A stretch of 63,325 bases of DNA, counting the filler, from Thraustochytrium aureum (Eukaryota): the NCBI GenBank assembly GCA_012862495.1. It is 8 parts of 5 records of this genome, joined end to end, with 100 filler letters (N's around TTAATTAATTAA, not from the genome) between each part and the next. Parts side by side here need not be neighbours in the genome. Positions count along the whole stretch, not along the records: positions 22,073 to 29,937 come from BLSG01000361.1; positions 30,038 to 33,383 come from BLSG01000361.1; positions 33,484 to 43,589 come from BLSG01000361.1; 5 more parts are not named here. One strand, 5' to 3'. The notes under the pieces are model-generated. The model did not search any database. It saw only the letters and a program-made list of their open reading frames with translations, and was not told the DNA's origin. Both the position numbers and the translations under genes were made by a program. Positions within the stretch are counted from its first letter, which is position 1, and each line of letters opens with the position of its first letter. Below, in pieces: positions 24,829 to 36,525 of this stretch.

Positions 24829-27289
24829 ATGCCAGAAGTACACGCGCTCGAGGCCGAGGCGCTGCGCGTTCTGCACCGGGCGAGGTCGATTCCGAAGAAC
24901 CCGCTCGGGAGAAAGAATTCGAGCGGGTTGAGGCGCCAAGGGTCAAAGAACGAGCAAGTGTATGTCGAGGAGGCGCAAGAGCAAGGGGAGACTGCTCTGG
25001 GGCGGCTCCGACTTGACGCGAGGTCGGAGGAGTCGCTGGCTGTTCGAGCGCGGCTGGACGGTACTTTAGGAAACGGAACTAGGCCTTTCAGTCCCCAAGG
25101 GCCTGGACTGGAGGAGCACGCCGATCGGCTACACGGCCTGCAGGAGTGGTCGCGAAATCGCAGCAACCAGATCGACGACCTCATCGACGCCGCCGTCGAG
25201 GCTTCACGCAACGCCGTCGCCACGCTGACTGGTGTTCGCTACGGCGCAGCGCTTTTGTCCAAAGGAGGCTATGTTTTCACGGGATGCAATGTGGAAAGCA
25301 ACGACAGCGCTCTAAACACGTCTGCAGAAAAAATGGCAATCCTGAAAGCGCTCAGCGCTGGCCAAACCGAGTTTGCGACTTTGGCACTGACCTGGGATCA
25401 GACAGAGAGCGACCGCTTTCCTCTTCCAAGCGGCGCCTCGCGCCAGTACCTGGCCGAATTCGGCAACTTTGACGTAGTGGTTGTTAAGGCCGATCCAGTG
25501 CGAACGCGGAAAGAACTAACAACATACGAGCTAATGCCGCACCTTCCCGAGATGGGGGCAACTGCACCGGCCTCGCACCGCATGCAGCAACGCGCGGTCT
25601 CGCCACTCGCGGCGTCCACAGGAGGTCTCGAGTTTGACCTCCGCCAAGCAAACGTGCGGAGGACCTTTATGTCCCCCTTGAAGCGTCGAAACCGCAGCGT
25701 GAGCAACGCGACCACTGCGAGGCGGTCTGTGCAGCTGGAGGCCGGCATGGCGCTTTCGCCTTCACGCCGCGCCGACCGTGATTTCTATTCTTTAGGTGTG
25801 AGAGAATGGGGGCTGCGCCAGGTCCTCGACTGGCTTGACGAGGAGTGCGACCTGCCGTCGTACCAGTACAATTTCGAGCAGGCAAGCGTCAACGGCGCAA
25901 TGCTGCTCCAGCTCACTCGTCAAGACCTTGAGGAGATGCTGGGCGTATACCACCCTCTCCACGTGCAAAAGCTACAAGCGGGCATTGCAAACCTTCGCAA
26001 GCGCGAGGTGATCGAGCACGGTGCGCAAGCGAACCAAGTCGAAGACGTTGTGGACGTTCTGGGCCAGAACGAGATTGTGTTAGTGGCGAGCATCAAGGAG
26101 GCCTTTGACCAGGTAGACGTCAGTCGCAAGGGAGCGATTGACGTGGAGCAAGTCAAGGCCGTTCTTCATCTACTATGCTTTCAGCTCCCTACAGACGAGG
26201 TCCATCGGTGGGTCTCTACGTACGGCGACGAGGAGCGGTCGGCGCTGACATTTCCACAGTTTGTTCGCGCTTTCCTCGCCGAAACCAACCGCGCATCTAA
26301 GGCAGCACCTGGAGACGAGGAGGGCGAAGATGGAGGCGAGAACAGAAACCAGGCCAACGGCAAACTAGTATTCGGTCCAGATGGCCACGTCCACTGCCGC
26401 GAGAATAAGCGGTACTCGGAATGGCTGGCGGGCCAGCAAGAACGGCGAGCCGTCGCAAAGCTTGGCGGAGTCGGCGGTGGATCCGGCTCTCTTGGGGCTC
26501 TTGAGGTGCACCGAGACGCGGGCAGACGCGGTTCTAGCGAGCTCGCCCTGTGGCTCAAAGGCGATGAACAGGCGGAGCGCTCTGCTCGCGTCAGCTCGTT
26601 CGTCCACTCGCGCCGGCGTCCCAACGCAAGGACCCAGGGCAACGACGTCCAAGCTGAGGACTTTGCTCGGCTCAAGCGCCTTTTCGATAGGGCCGACCGT
26701 GACTGCGCTGGCGAACTGACAAGGCATGAGGCCGCACGGGCCTTGTCAAAAACGGGAATGAAGGTCACTCCCGTGGAATTTGGGCAGTACCTTCGCCTCC
26801 AGGGACTTGACAGTTCGGCCCCCGTCGATGTGTTTGAGTTTGTGCGGGCCTTTGCTTACTTTACGCGGCAGCGTGAGATCAAGCTGTCCAGAACGTCTGG
26901 AGAAGCCTTGGTCCCAGGCAGCCCGGTGACTCACCTTCTGGTTCAGGGCCGCGATGGCCTGGGCATGTCCAAAGACACGATGCGCTGGCCTGCGGTGTAC
27001 GATCCAACGAGCCTATTGTCATCGTTATCGAAGCGCGAGCGCAAGCGCAAGGCCAAACACCGGGGCAGGAGCCGAGGGAAGGTGCGATGCCGCAGCAAGC
27101 ACAACAAAATGGGCAAAACCAAGTCGAGACAGTCAAAGCGGCGCCGCGGTCGTCGCGGTTCTCTCAGTGATGGCAGCGACGGCAGCGCCAGCAGCGAGTC
27201 CGAATCGGACTCGAGCTCTGGGTCTGGGACCTCAAGTGGCTGCAGCTCGGACAACAGTGGTAGCAGCGGCACTACCAGCAACAGCAGCA

Positions 27290-27325
<36 letters not shown>

Positions 27326-30300
27326 NNNNNNNNNNNNNNNNNNNNNNNNNNNNNNNNNNNNNNNNNNNNNNNNNNNNNNNNNNNNNNNNNNNNNNNNNNN
27401 NNNNNNNNNNNNNNNNNNNNNNNNNNTTGTAGCAGCAGCTTTGGCGGGTCCGACACGAGGTCCAGTGCGGGAACAACTCGCTCTAGAGGCTCTTCTAGCT
27501 CATCGGGCTCGGCTGAAACGAGATCGAGCTCATCTGACCCAGCGCAGGCAAGGTCTCGGCGCCGCTCAAATCCTAGGCGGTCCAAGAGTAAATCGGGTCG
27601 TGGCAAGCATGCCAAGGCCCGGAAGATAGCGAAGAGTCGCTCACCGTTGCGCAAGTCGGTCAGCACCAGGGAGCTAGGGCGCCATGTCGTTAAGCGCGTG
27701 GAAAACGCATTTGAGGGCGCCCAGCGCAGCGGAAGCCGCAACCAGCTTGCTGTGAACGCCGTTGTAGATGCCTTTGCCAAGGTGCCTCGCAGCCGCAAGA
27801 GCAAGGCTGCTGCTTCGCGCGAAGAGGTCAAGGCCTACTTTGCGGGCAAAGGTATCCGCTACTACGTGACAAGGAAACAGTTCCTTCAAGCTTACGCTGA
27901 TCTCAACTACGACAGCGTCGACGAGAAGTTTCATGAGCGGCGCTTGGCGGGGCGCAAGCATCGCCGCTCGGACTCGTCTGGCACGCCCGGAGACAGCTCG
28001 AGCGACGACGAGGCTTTAGCCCTGCGCGCAGGCGACCGTGTGGAGGCGCGATACCGGGGCAAACTCAAATGGTACAGAGGTGAAATCACAAAGGAAAACG
28101 CCGACGGGACCTTTCAGGTTCTGTATGATGACGGAGACGTCGAGCGGGGCGTCAAGGCGTCGATGATCCGGAGTCTCGACGAAGACGGCGGAGGAGCCAG
28201 GCGGGCAGACGAACGCCACCGCCGCTCGCCCAGTCGAGGTCGTGGCACAAGCCGGCGATCGGCAAGCTCGCCACGGTCACCGAGCGGAGCCCGAAAAGTC
28301 CGCGTGGACTCCAAGTTGGAAAAGGGCGATCGCTGCCAAGGCCGATTCAAGGGCGGATCCAAGTGGTACAGTGGCAAAGTCGTGCGCGTCAATCGTGATG
28401 GGACCTATGACATGGTCTACGATGATGGCGACATGGAGCAAGGTGTCGAACTCAGCAATCTTCGCTCTCTCGACGGCACCGCGTTTGGGAGGCAGCTTGT
28501 CACGGGAGACCGCGTCGAGGCAAAGTACAAGGGTGGCGCGAAGTGGTACAAGGGCCGCATCAGCCGCGTTGGCGCTGACGGATCGTTTAGCATCGAGTAC
28601 GACGACGGCGACAGAGAGCGTAACGTTCCAGCTAGCAGCGTGCGTCCCCTGGACGAAGGTGGCGCGACCAATCGCAAAGGGTCGCCTTCACCAAGCCGCC
28701 GCAGAGCTGGGCTTGGGGTAGGAATGCGCGTGGAGGCGAGGTATAAAGGCGGGCGAAAGCTGTACAAGGGTAAGATCACGCGGGCCAACGCGGATGGCAC
28801 ATTTGACATTGCATACGACGACGGGGACCGCGAGCGCAGCGTCGTCGAGGCGAGTATTCGGTCCCTCGAGGGGCCGGAGCAGCAAGGGTCAAGCGACGAG
28901 GCGCCTCGCATCGAGACTGGCGATCGTGTCGAAGCGCGATACAAGGGCGGCTCCAAGTGGTACAAGGGCAAGGTAGCGCGTCAAAATGCTGATGGTTCGT
29001 TTGACATCGACTATGACGACGGCGACCGAGAGCGCCGCGTCGCCGCGAACAAGGTTCGCGCCCTAGATATCAAGCCGTCAGGCAGAGTCTCTCCAGCGCG
29101 AAGCAGAGGCAGCAGCCGAGCTGGTACCAACCGCGAACGTGACCCCACGAGCGATAGCGAACGTGAGACTGGCCTTGTTGTTGGCCAGCGCGTTGAAGCA
29201 AAGTTCAAGGGGGGCGCGAAGTGGTTCAAGGGCGAGATTTCTCGGGTCAATGCCGATGGCAGTTTTGACATCAACTACGACGATGGCGATCGTGAGCGGC
29301 GGGTGCATCCCAGCAAAGTTCGAGCTGTTGGTGGAGCAGGCAGCCAAAGCACGAAGAGCGGAGCGGGGCAGCCACTTCGCCAAGGCGCGCGCATTGAAGC
29401 GCGGTACAAGGGTGGCGCGAAATGGTACAAAGGCAAAATTTTGCGCGTGAACGCAGACGGCACGTATGACATCGCCTACGATGATGGAGACAGCGAGCGC
29501 CGCGTCAGAGAGACAAGTATCAAGTCGCTCGAGCCCGCAGGGGGACGTCTCAGAGGACGAAAGGAGTGATGTTTTACGTGAGGGTGATCGTGTCGAGGCT
29601 CGCTTCAAGGGTGGAAGCAAGTGGTACAAAGGCAAGGTATCACGCGTAAACGCCGATGGCACCTATGACTTGGCATACGATGATGGAGACAGCGAAAGAA
29701 GAGTTGGCCAAGACAAGGTGCGAAAGCTTGGGTCAATCCGTGGCGATCGCGCCAGCTCCGCGCCGACGTCCGGGATTCTCGCAGGCGACAGAGTCGAAGC
29801 ACTGTACAAAGATGGGGCCAAATGGTACAAGGGCAAGGTCTCGCGCGTCAACTCGGATGGGTCTTGCGACATCGACTACGACGACGGTGACCATGAGCGC
29901 CGCGTTTCGGCGAGAAAGATTCGTCGCCTTGGTGGTGNNNNNNNNNNNNNNNNNNNNNNNNNNNNNNNNNNNNNNNNNNNNTTAATTAATTAANNNNNNN
30001 NNNNNNNNNNNNNNNNNNNNNNNNNNNNNNNNNNNNNTGAGGTTCGCAGAGGTTCATCAACGAAAAGCCCGCGCGGCGGGTTCGCTGATGAAGGCAGCAC
30101 AGGGGAGACCTTCGCTCGAGGCGAGCGTGTTGAGGCGCGCTTTCGTGGCCAATCCAAATGGTACACGGGCAAGGTTTTGCGCGCGAACAGTGATGGGACT
30201 GTTGATGTGCTCTATGATGACGGTGATCGCGACATGGGTCTCCAGTCTTCCTTTGTCCGAAGGCTTGGAGGACAGGGGAGCAGCGGGAGCAGTGGAGCTG

Positions 30301-30407
30301 GTGCGCGTCCGCGAACCACCTATTCGCAGGACGACCTGAGCCCTCGGCGACCAGGCTCGAGCAGCGCCGCAGGTGGCGTCCGCCGGACCTACGCCGCCGA
30401 CTTTTGA
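24829..30407 (+). CDS. Giant multidomain protein: cytidine-deaminase-like domain (Zn ligands lost), SAM, EF-hand-like pairs, Ser/basic low-complexity region, at least 10 Tudor-like repeats
   Basis: YGAALL...FTGCNVE...SAEKMAI...PSGASRQ (CDA fold). WGLRQVLDWL...FEQASVNGAMLLQL (SAM). FDQVDVSRKGAID and FDRADRDCAGELT (EF-like). GDRVEARYKGGxKWYKGKxxRVNADGTYDIxYDDGD repeats: nine before the spacer and one after it. Frameshift at ~29545. Confidence 0.8.
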
Positions 30408-30685
30408 CAACTTTCACGCCTGACATTTATAAAAGCCAACACACGCCCGTTCGCTCCCCCCTCGCAAGCACCGCGCGCGGCAGGGGCCGCCTCGGCGCAG
30501 AGTTGACAGCTTTCCACAGCAACGCCAAGGCCTTGTCTACTTACTTACTCTGAGGATCGTGAGCAAAGGATTCAAAAAACTGGCAGACCGCGAACGAGCG
30601 GCTTGAAGGGCGAGACACCAAGAGCGAGGCGCAAAGACGAGGCGGGCCTGGAGGGTGCGAGGGAGCTACAGAACTTGCGGGCGCC

Positions 30686-32022
30686 ATGTCGTTCCAGAAG
30701 GTCTTTCGGCGCGGCGTGAGCACGAGCGCGCTGGCGCAGAGCATGCGCGCGAAAGGCGTGCCGCGGGCGTTCATCCGGTGGACGGATGGGCGGATCGAGA
30801 CGTCAGACCCGGTGATAGACCCGCTTCGCGAGTACGTGGAGCAGGACAAGGTGGACTTTGACAAGCACGAAGGGATCTTTGTTGAGGCCTTTGAAGATTG
30901 CTTGATGGGGGCGTTCCTGTGGCGCACCCACCGCGGCCAGGGCTGCGGCGGCATCAGACTCCGGCCGTATGATTCTGCTCAAGCTTTCCTCGTCGACGGG
31001 ATGCGCCTTGCGGTGGGCATGGGCAGGAAGAGCGCGATGGCCAACATTTGGTGGGGTGGAGGTAAAGGCGTTGTTGCTTTCGGGAGCGAATCCCGCGTGC
31101 ACAACCCTGAGACGCGTCGCGAACTCTTGCTGACGTACGGCCGATTCGTGAGCAGCCTTCGTGGAGCCTACGTTGGCGCAGAGGACGCCGGCATGTGCGT
31201 TGCCGACATGGACGTGGTCTACAAGACCACGCGCCACCTCACCTGTATCAGTCCAGCGTTGGGTGGGTCCGGCAACCCGAGCGTGCCGACTGCGATGGGT
31301 GTTGTGTGCGGCATGGAGGGCGCGCTTGACGCGGCCGGGCTTGGTTCGCTTGAAGGCAAGACGGTGGCAGTCCAAGGTTGTGGCAACGTGGGCGGCCCGC
31401 TGATCGAGTTTCTGCTCGCCAAGGGCGTGGCCCGCGTCGTCGCATCGGACGTCGACGCGGCTCGGGTTGCGGCGGTGCGGGCGGCATGTGCTAGCGCTGG
31501 CGACCGACTCGAGACGCATGTCGGGGCAGACTATCCGATTCTGGAGGAGGACGTTGACATCATCTCGCCCTGCGCGTTCGGTGGCGTCCTCAACAGCAAC
31601 TCGGTGCCCAAAATTCGCGCTAGAATTGTATGCGGGGCCGCCAACAACCAGCTCCTGGACCCAAAGAATGACTATGGCATGGCGGCACGGGGCGTTTTGT
31701 ACGCGCCAGACTACGTGGTCAACCGAATGGGAATCGTTAACTGCGCCAACGAGGGCGCGGGCCGCGTCGGGGACCCGGGGGGGTCGACGACCCGATTATT
31801 CGCGTGCACCTTGAGCGCGACGACCCCAACTCGGTCTTCAACATGACGCGGCAGATTGTGGGGCGTTCGCTGGTCGAGCAGCGGAGCACGGCTTCGATTG
31901 CGGACGAGCTTGCAGACGAGATGGCCCACCGCCCAAACCCAATCTTTGGCCACCGCACGCAGCTGATTATTGATCGGCTCGTCGCTGACGGCTGGCATCG
32001 CGGGTGCAGCGCAACCTCTTAA
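30686..32022 (+). CDS. Glu/Leu/Phe/Val dehydrogenase family protein (leucine-dehydrogenase-like); frameshift in the G-run at ~31777
   Basis: Motifs GCGGIR, GGGKG, GAEDAG, VAVQGCGNVG (Rossmann), CGAANNQL and YAPDYVVN. The C-terminus continues in ORF 31804..32022. Confidence 0.9.
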
Positions 32023-32235
32023 AACCTTTGGAGATTGCGTGTGCTTGGGGTGGTCGGGGCGCTTTCGAGCCAAGCAGTCGCAGAGGGCGGCGGTAAGAGA
32101 CCAGCCAGCCGACCGAGCGGCAGACATTTAAAAAAATCTTTTAGTTAGAATGGAACAATGCTCTTCCTGAAGGCATTCACAAGCGATGGGGCCACGAAAG
32201 TGTACAAGCTCGTCCGTTGTCTTCCAGTCGGTAGA

Positions 32236-32601
32236 TCAGCACACAGAGGTGATGGGAATCTCGATGTCCACTTCGTCGCCGTTGTCAAAGACGAGCTTGG
32301 CGGCAACCGTGTCCGCCTCCGCAGGCGCAAGCCCGTCAGACGGGCCTGCTAATTGAATGCCGCCAAACCCTCCAAACCCGCCGTGGCTCGGGGCCTTGCC
32401 AAAGTTCAGCCCCCGCGCGGTCCAACTCTCGGACCCCTCCTGGCTGACGAGTGTTGCCTCTCCGCCAGAGTGCAGGACGATCTTTGCCGGCGTGCGTCCC
32501 GCGGGGTCCTTCCCATTCACGATTACATAGTCGCGGGGGGCGGGAGTCTGCCCGCGCTGGACCATCATCGGCATGCGGTTTCTAATGCCCGTAAACTGCA
32601 T
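32236..32601 (-). CDS. Hypothetical ~121-aa protein
   Basis: ATG at 32601 and a protein-like composition (MQFTGIRNRMPMMV...KLVFDNGDEVDIEIPITSVC). No recognised motif. Confidence 0.45.
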   Translation of the reverse strand: MQFTGIRNRMPMMVQRGQTPAPRDYVIVNGKDPAGRTPAKIVLHSGGEATLVSQEGSESWTARGLNFGKAPSHGGFGGFGGIQLAGPSDGLAPAEADTVAAKLVFDNGDEVDIEIPITSVC

Positions 32602-32880
32602 TTTCCGCGCTGCCAGCGCGCCGCAGCGCTGCTTCCACGTCGCGACCCCTGTTGCGGGCCCTTCTACCGCCGGCTTGCACGTTGCCCACTTGGTCCCGTC
32701 GCGTCTCTTTGCGTGTCTGCAGTGGCGGGGGCGCTGCGCGTGCTGTGCCGCCTCAAAATCCAAGAATCGAAAAGGCCACAAAACGAGCGACGACACCCGA
32801 GACCCAGGCTGCTGGCCCGCAGGAGCTGGGGCCCGATCACAAGAGTACTCGTAGAGGAGCACTAGGCCTACCGGTACTCC

Positions 32881-33383
32881 TCAACCATCTTCGCCAGCGT
32901 GGTTGTAGGTTGTAGTAGCGGGCTCGTGAGTTGGCTCTGAGCAGGGGTCGTCAGGCGCCATGACAGCGCGGCCGTTGCTGTGGTGGACGGACGGACGTCC
33001 TTCGCTTCCTCCAGATGAGGGCGGCCCCGAGGAGGAACACTGTGCCAGCTGTGGTGCCGACGACGAGGTAGATAGCGCTGCTCTGTTCAGGGCCAGCCTC
33101 AACGTCGTCGCTGTCGCCGCCAACGTCGCCATCACTGCCAACCCCAGAAGGCTTGCAGGCAGTGACTTTGAGGTTGGTGTCCACCGCACCGACGTGGTCG
33201 TCGCGAGACAAGATCATGGCGCTGTACGGAGCGAGCCCGGCCTGGCCCACGTTGAGCTTGTACCCGCCGTCACCGACCGCGTAGGACTGGAAGGTAGCAC
33301 TCGAGCCAAAGAGGTCGACAAAGGTTGTCGAGGCCGCGGTTTTAGCTATCTCGGCGTCGATGAAAAAGCCTTCCAAGGGGAGT
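32881..33383 (-). CDS. C-terminal fragment of a type I membrane protein (5' truncated by the spacer)
   Basis: ...SSAIYLVVGTTAGTVFLLGAALIWRKRR gives a TM helix followed by a basic stop-transfer signal. The true stop is uncertain (possible frameshift). Confidence 0.55.
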
Positions 33384-33810
33384 NNNNNNNNNNNNNNNNN
33401 NNNNNNNNNNNNNNNNNNNNNNNNNNNTTAATTAATTAANNNNNNNNNNNNNNNNNNNNNNNNNNNNNNNNNNNNNNNNNNNNCTGTGCTGCTGCTGGTT
33501 TTGTCAGTTGTGGTGGGCGCGTCTTCTGGTGAGGCGATCGTCGCAGCCGTCAGCCCCGTTGCCCTTGCACTGCAGTCATTGTCTACTTGGCGGTGAAGGA
33601 CGCGGTGAAGGAACTAGTTTGCGCGCAGCGCGTGCACAGGGGGTTCAAGCGGGCTGGCTGGCTGATCATGACAAGCTCATTCACCCTTGCGCCTCCATGA
33701 ACCATGGAGGAAGTGAGTCTGTTGCGAGAGGCAATGTCGAGGTGGCCGTTACAAAGATCAAAACCTGAGAACTCAACCTCTTTAGAAGTATCTACTCCCA
33801 CCGTACGAGC

Positions 33811-35364
33811 TCAGAAGATGATGGCTGCGAAGGCTGCGAGCGAAGCGACGAACAGCCCAAGCGGAGCTGATTGCGCGGCGCTGATCTCGATATCCTCTGT
33901 GCTATTGGTTCCAGACACCGTGGGCGCGCCAGTTGGCGCGCCGTTGGGAGGCATCGAGGGCGAAGCGACCGGCGACGTAGGCGAGGTGCTCGGCGAGGCA
34001 CTCGGCCTTGCCGTCGGGGCCTCCGTGATTGGCTTTTCAACAAGACGCGCCAGAACCGCATGAGAAGTTTTGGCCAAAACTTCGATCCCGCAGGTTTCCA
34101 GGTTCCAGCCACTCTCCTCGAGAGTGGGGAGCCCGCTCGACCAGACGCCGCCGTCCGCCTTGCCCACGAGAAAGCCGCCGTCGACAGCCACGTAATTGAC
34201 AGCCATTACGTCTGGGAAGCACCCCTTTACGACGTTCTGGGTGCCGTAACCGTAGGTGCAAATGCTAGAGTCTCCCCGCACGGCGAGGAACGCGTTGCTA
34301 GCCGCGATCACGTCGTGGACGTTTTGCTCCTCGTCACTCGGGAACACCCCGCCAACCCAGTAGCCCAGGATGCCACCCCAGAGCCCAAGGTACCCGTCCT
34401 GGCGTACAACAAAGAATGAGTCGGTCGAGGCGGCGATTTTGTTCGTCACGGAGCCAGCAACCTTGAAGGGGGCAGGCACATCGGAGGCAGAGTTGGACCC
34501 GGTAAAACCGAAGGCCCCCATCGAGTCGTCATCGAAGAGCACCGCGATCGAGTTGGCAGTAGTGTGAAACGAAACTGCCTTTGCGGTCGTCTCGATGCTG
34601 CTGGCATGGGAGACAGCGTAATGAGCGCTCCACGACACAATCGAACCGTCCTCCTTGATTGCCGCCATGATACTGCCTGCAGCAGCGATTGAGGTAACGC
34701 CGCTCTCAAGGCCAATGTTCGTACAGTTGCCACCAGAAGTTTCGTGGCCCCAGCAAATGACAGAGCCGTCAGTGCAGAGGACGGCCACGGCGTAGCTGGT
34801 CGACACCACTTGCATGGGCGACTTTCCAGTCAGCTCGCTCGGCACAGCCGATACGTCAATGAAGTCACTACTATAGGTGCCCCAGCCAACCCATGTGCCG
34901 TCGGTCTTGTGCGCAAGGAAGCCCAAGAAGCCGAGCGAATGAACGCTGTCAACGTTACTAACGTTCGCCGAACCCACGTCTCCGCCATACGTAGCACCCC
35001 CCCAAGCGACAACCTGGCCGTCTGTTCGGAGCGCGGCGAACGCCCTCAACCCCGGAACGATGGTCTGAACGCCCTCCCCAAAATCAACACCATAACTATC
35101 GCCGCCGTACGTGTCGTCGCCCCACGTCACAACGGAGCCAGTTTTGAGGATGGCTGCGAATGCCTTTTGGTTGCCGAAGGCCCGGTCAATGCCGGTGACA
35201 AAGTCGGGCCCATCGTACGAGTCGAGGGTCACGTTGGTGAGGCCGCCGGCGTCCGGATCGCCAAGGGCGACAATCACGGACCCATCGCAAGGTTGGTCGC
35301 TGACAGCATTCACGCAACTGACGATCGTCGCCCAGCCTACGGCGAGGGTGGCGATTCCGCGCAT
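33811..35364 (-). CDS. Secreted, surface-anchored RCC1/BLIP-II-like beta-propeller protein
   Basis: Signal peptide, repeats such as AFAAILKTGSVVTWGDDTYGG and AFAALRTDGQVVAWGGATYGG, a PT/PS stalk, and a hydrophobic C-terminus (GPI-like). Confidence 0.8.
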   Translation of the reverse strand: MRGIATLAVGWATIVSCVNAVSDQPCDGSVIVALGDPDAGGLTNVTLDSYDGPDFVTGIDRAFGNQKAFAAILKTGSVVTWGDDTYGGDSYGVDFGEGVQTIVPGLRAFAALRTDGQVVAWGGATYGGDVGSANVSNVDSVHSLGFLGFLAHKTDGTWVGWGTYSSDFIDVSAVPSELTGKSPMQVVSTSYAVAVLCTDGSVICWGHETSGGNCTNIGLESGVTSIAAAGSIMAAIKEDGSIVSWSAHYAVSHASSIETTAKAVSFHTTANSIAVLFDDDSMGAFGFTGSNSASDVPAPFKVAGSVTNKIAASTDSFFVVRQDGYLGLWGGILGYWVGGVFPSDEEQNVHDVIAASNAFLAVRGDSSICTYGYGTQNVVKGCFPDVMAVNYVAVDGGFLVGKADGGVWSSGLPTLEESGWNLETCGIEVLAKTSHAVLARLVEKPITEAPTARPSASPSTSPTSPVASPSMPPNGAPTGAPTVSGTNSTEDIEISAAQSAPLGLFVASLAAFAAIIF

Positions 35365-36525
35365 CTTGCTTGCTTGCTATGCCTCTCTGGTGTCGCTTCT
35401 CCTGATGGATGGCGGACTGTGTCGTCGTCCGGCTTTGACTGTATGCGGTCTGCGTCGCCGAAAGGTGACTGACTGCGCAGGTTCCGCGCAAGCTCCGATC
35501 GGTCGAGCCGTGCCGTCCAAGGTGAAAGGACAAACCACGCAACGGATCTTATCGGAGCGACTCCGTTTTTCGAGACTCACTCGTCAAGCGCATGAAATCG
35601 AGGCAGAGCCGTTTTCTCTCTACAGTGCCTAGTGTGAGGGCAGCAAGAGCTGGCCAGCGCCAAAAAGATGCTCTCGATCAGTGACGTAATGCAACTGCCA
35701 AGCGGAGTTTATGCGTTGGAAACCGAAAGGGCGGCTCTGAGGACGCGGTAGAAAGGATAGGCGGCTCGGCTTTGCGTGCTCTTTTAATCCTTCTTAGCAT
35801 AGAGTGCCAGCCGTGGCTGGTGAAAGCGCGTCGTTTTCGCTGAGGCAGAATCTCATGTCACGGCGTTTGCTTCGTTTTTTGGTCGATTTTTTTTCGGGCC
35901 AGAGCAAGCAGCGTGTATTCACTGGTGAAGGCAGGCATCTGGTGCGGCAAACGCTAGGCGGGCGAAGCGGCCACCTACGAGCAAACCAACGGTATTCGGA
36001 GCGTACCGGCATGTGCCACGCGCGAAAGCTTGTTCTCCTTTCTTGGCGTTCTCCTTTTTGGATTCGAAACGGTTCCATTTGCCCGTTGAACGGCTCTTTT
36101 TTCAAGGGACAAAAGGACGTGCAGACGCAATTTTTACGCGGCGCACGAGAACACCTTTGCCAAGTGCTCCGAGTACGAGCAGATGCTGGAGAAGTCGGGC
36201 GTGGAGCTGCTGACCTGTGCGGAAGTAGGAGGAACTACGTGAAAATAAAGCGTGATTTGCCAACCTCTCTCACCAGGAGGCGCGGGCCGACCGCGAACCC
36301 GGCGAAACAGCGTCAAGGCGGCACAGCGCGACGCATCAAGATTCAAGAGGTTGGGTGAGATGCCCGGTTTTGGACTTGTTAGGCAGCAGCCGTGCCGCAG
36401 ACGGCATGCAAATCGCTGTTGCTCGGGTGAATCGCTGTTCCTCTCATGTGCCTTCGATGAAAGACTCGAAGTGCGGCTTCCTCCTTGGGCAGCCTCTAAA
36501 GGGGCCTTTCTTCGCAGACGCGCAT

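Noticed and set aside
28021..29937. Regularly spaced repeats resembling a CRISPR-like array
   Set aside because: They are in-frame protein-coding Tudor-like repeats with synonymous variation, and no cas genes are present.
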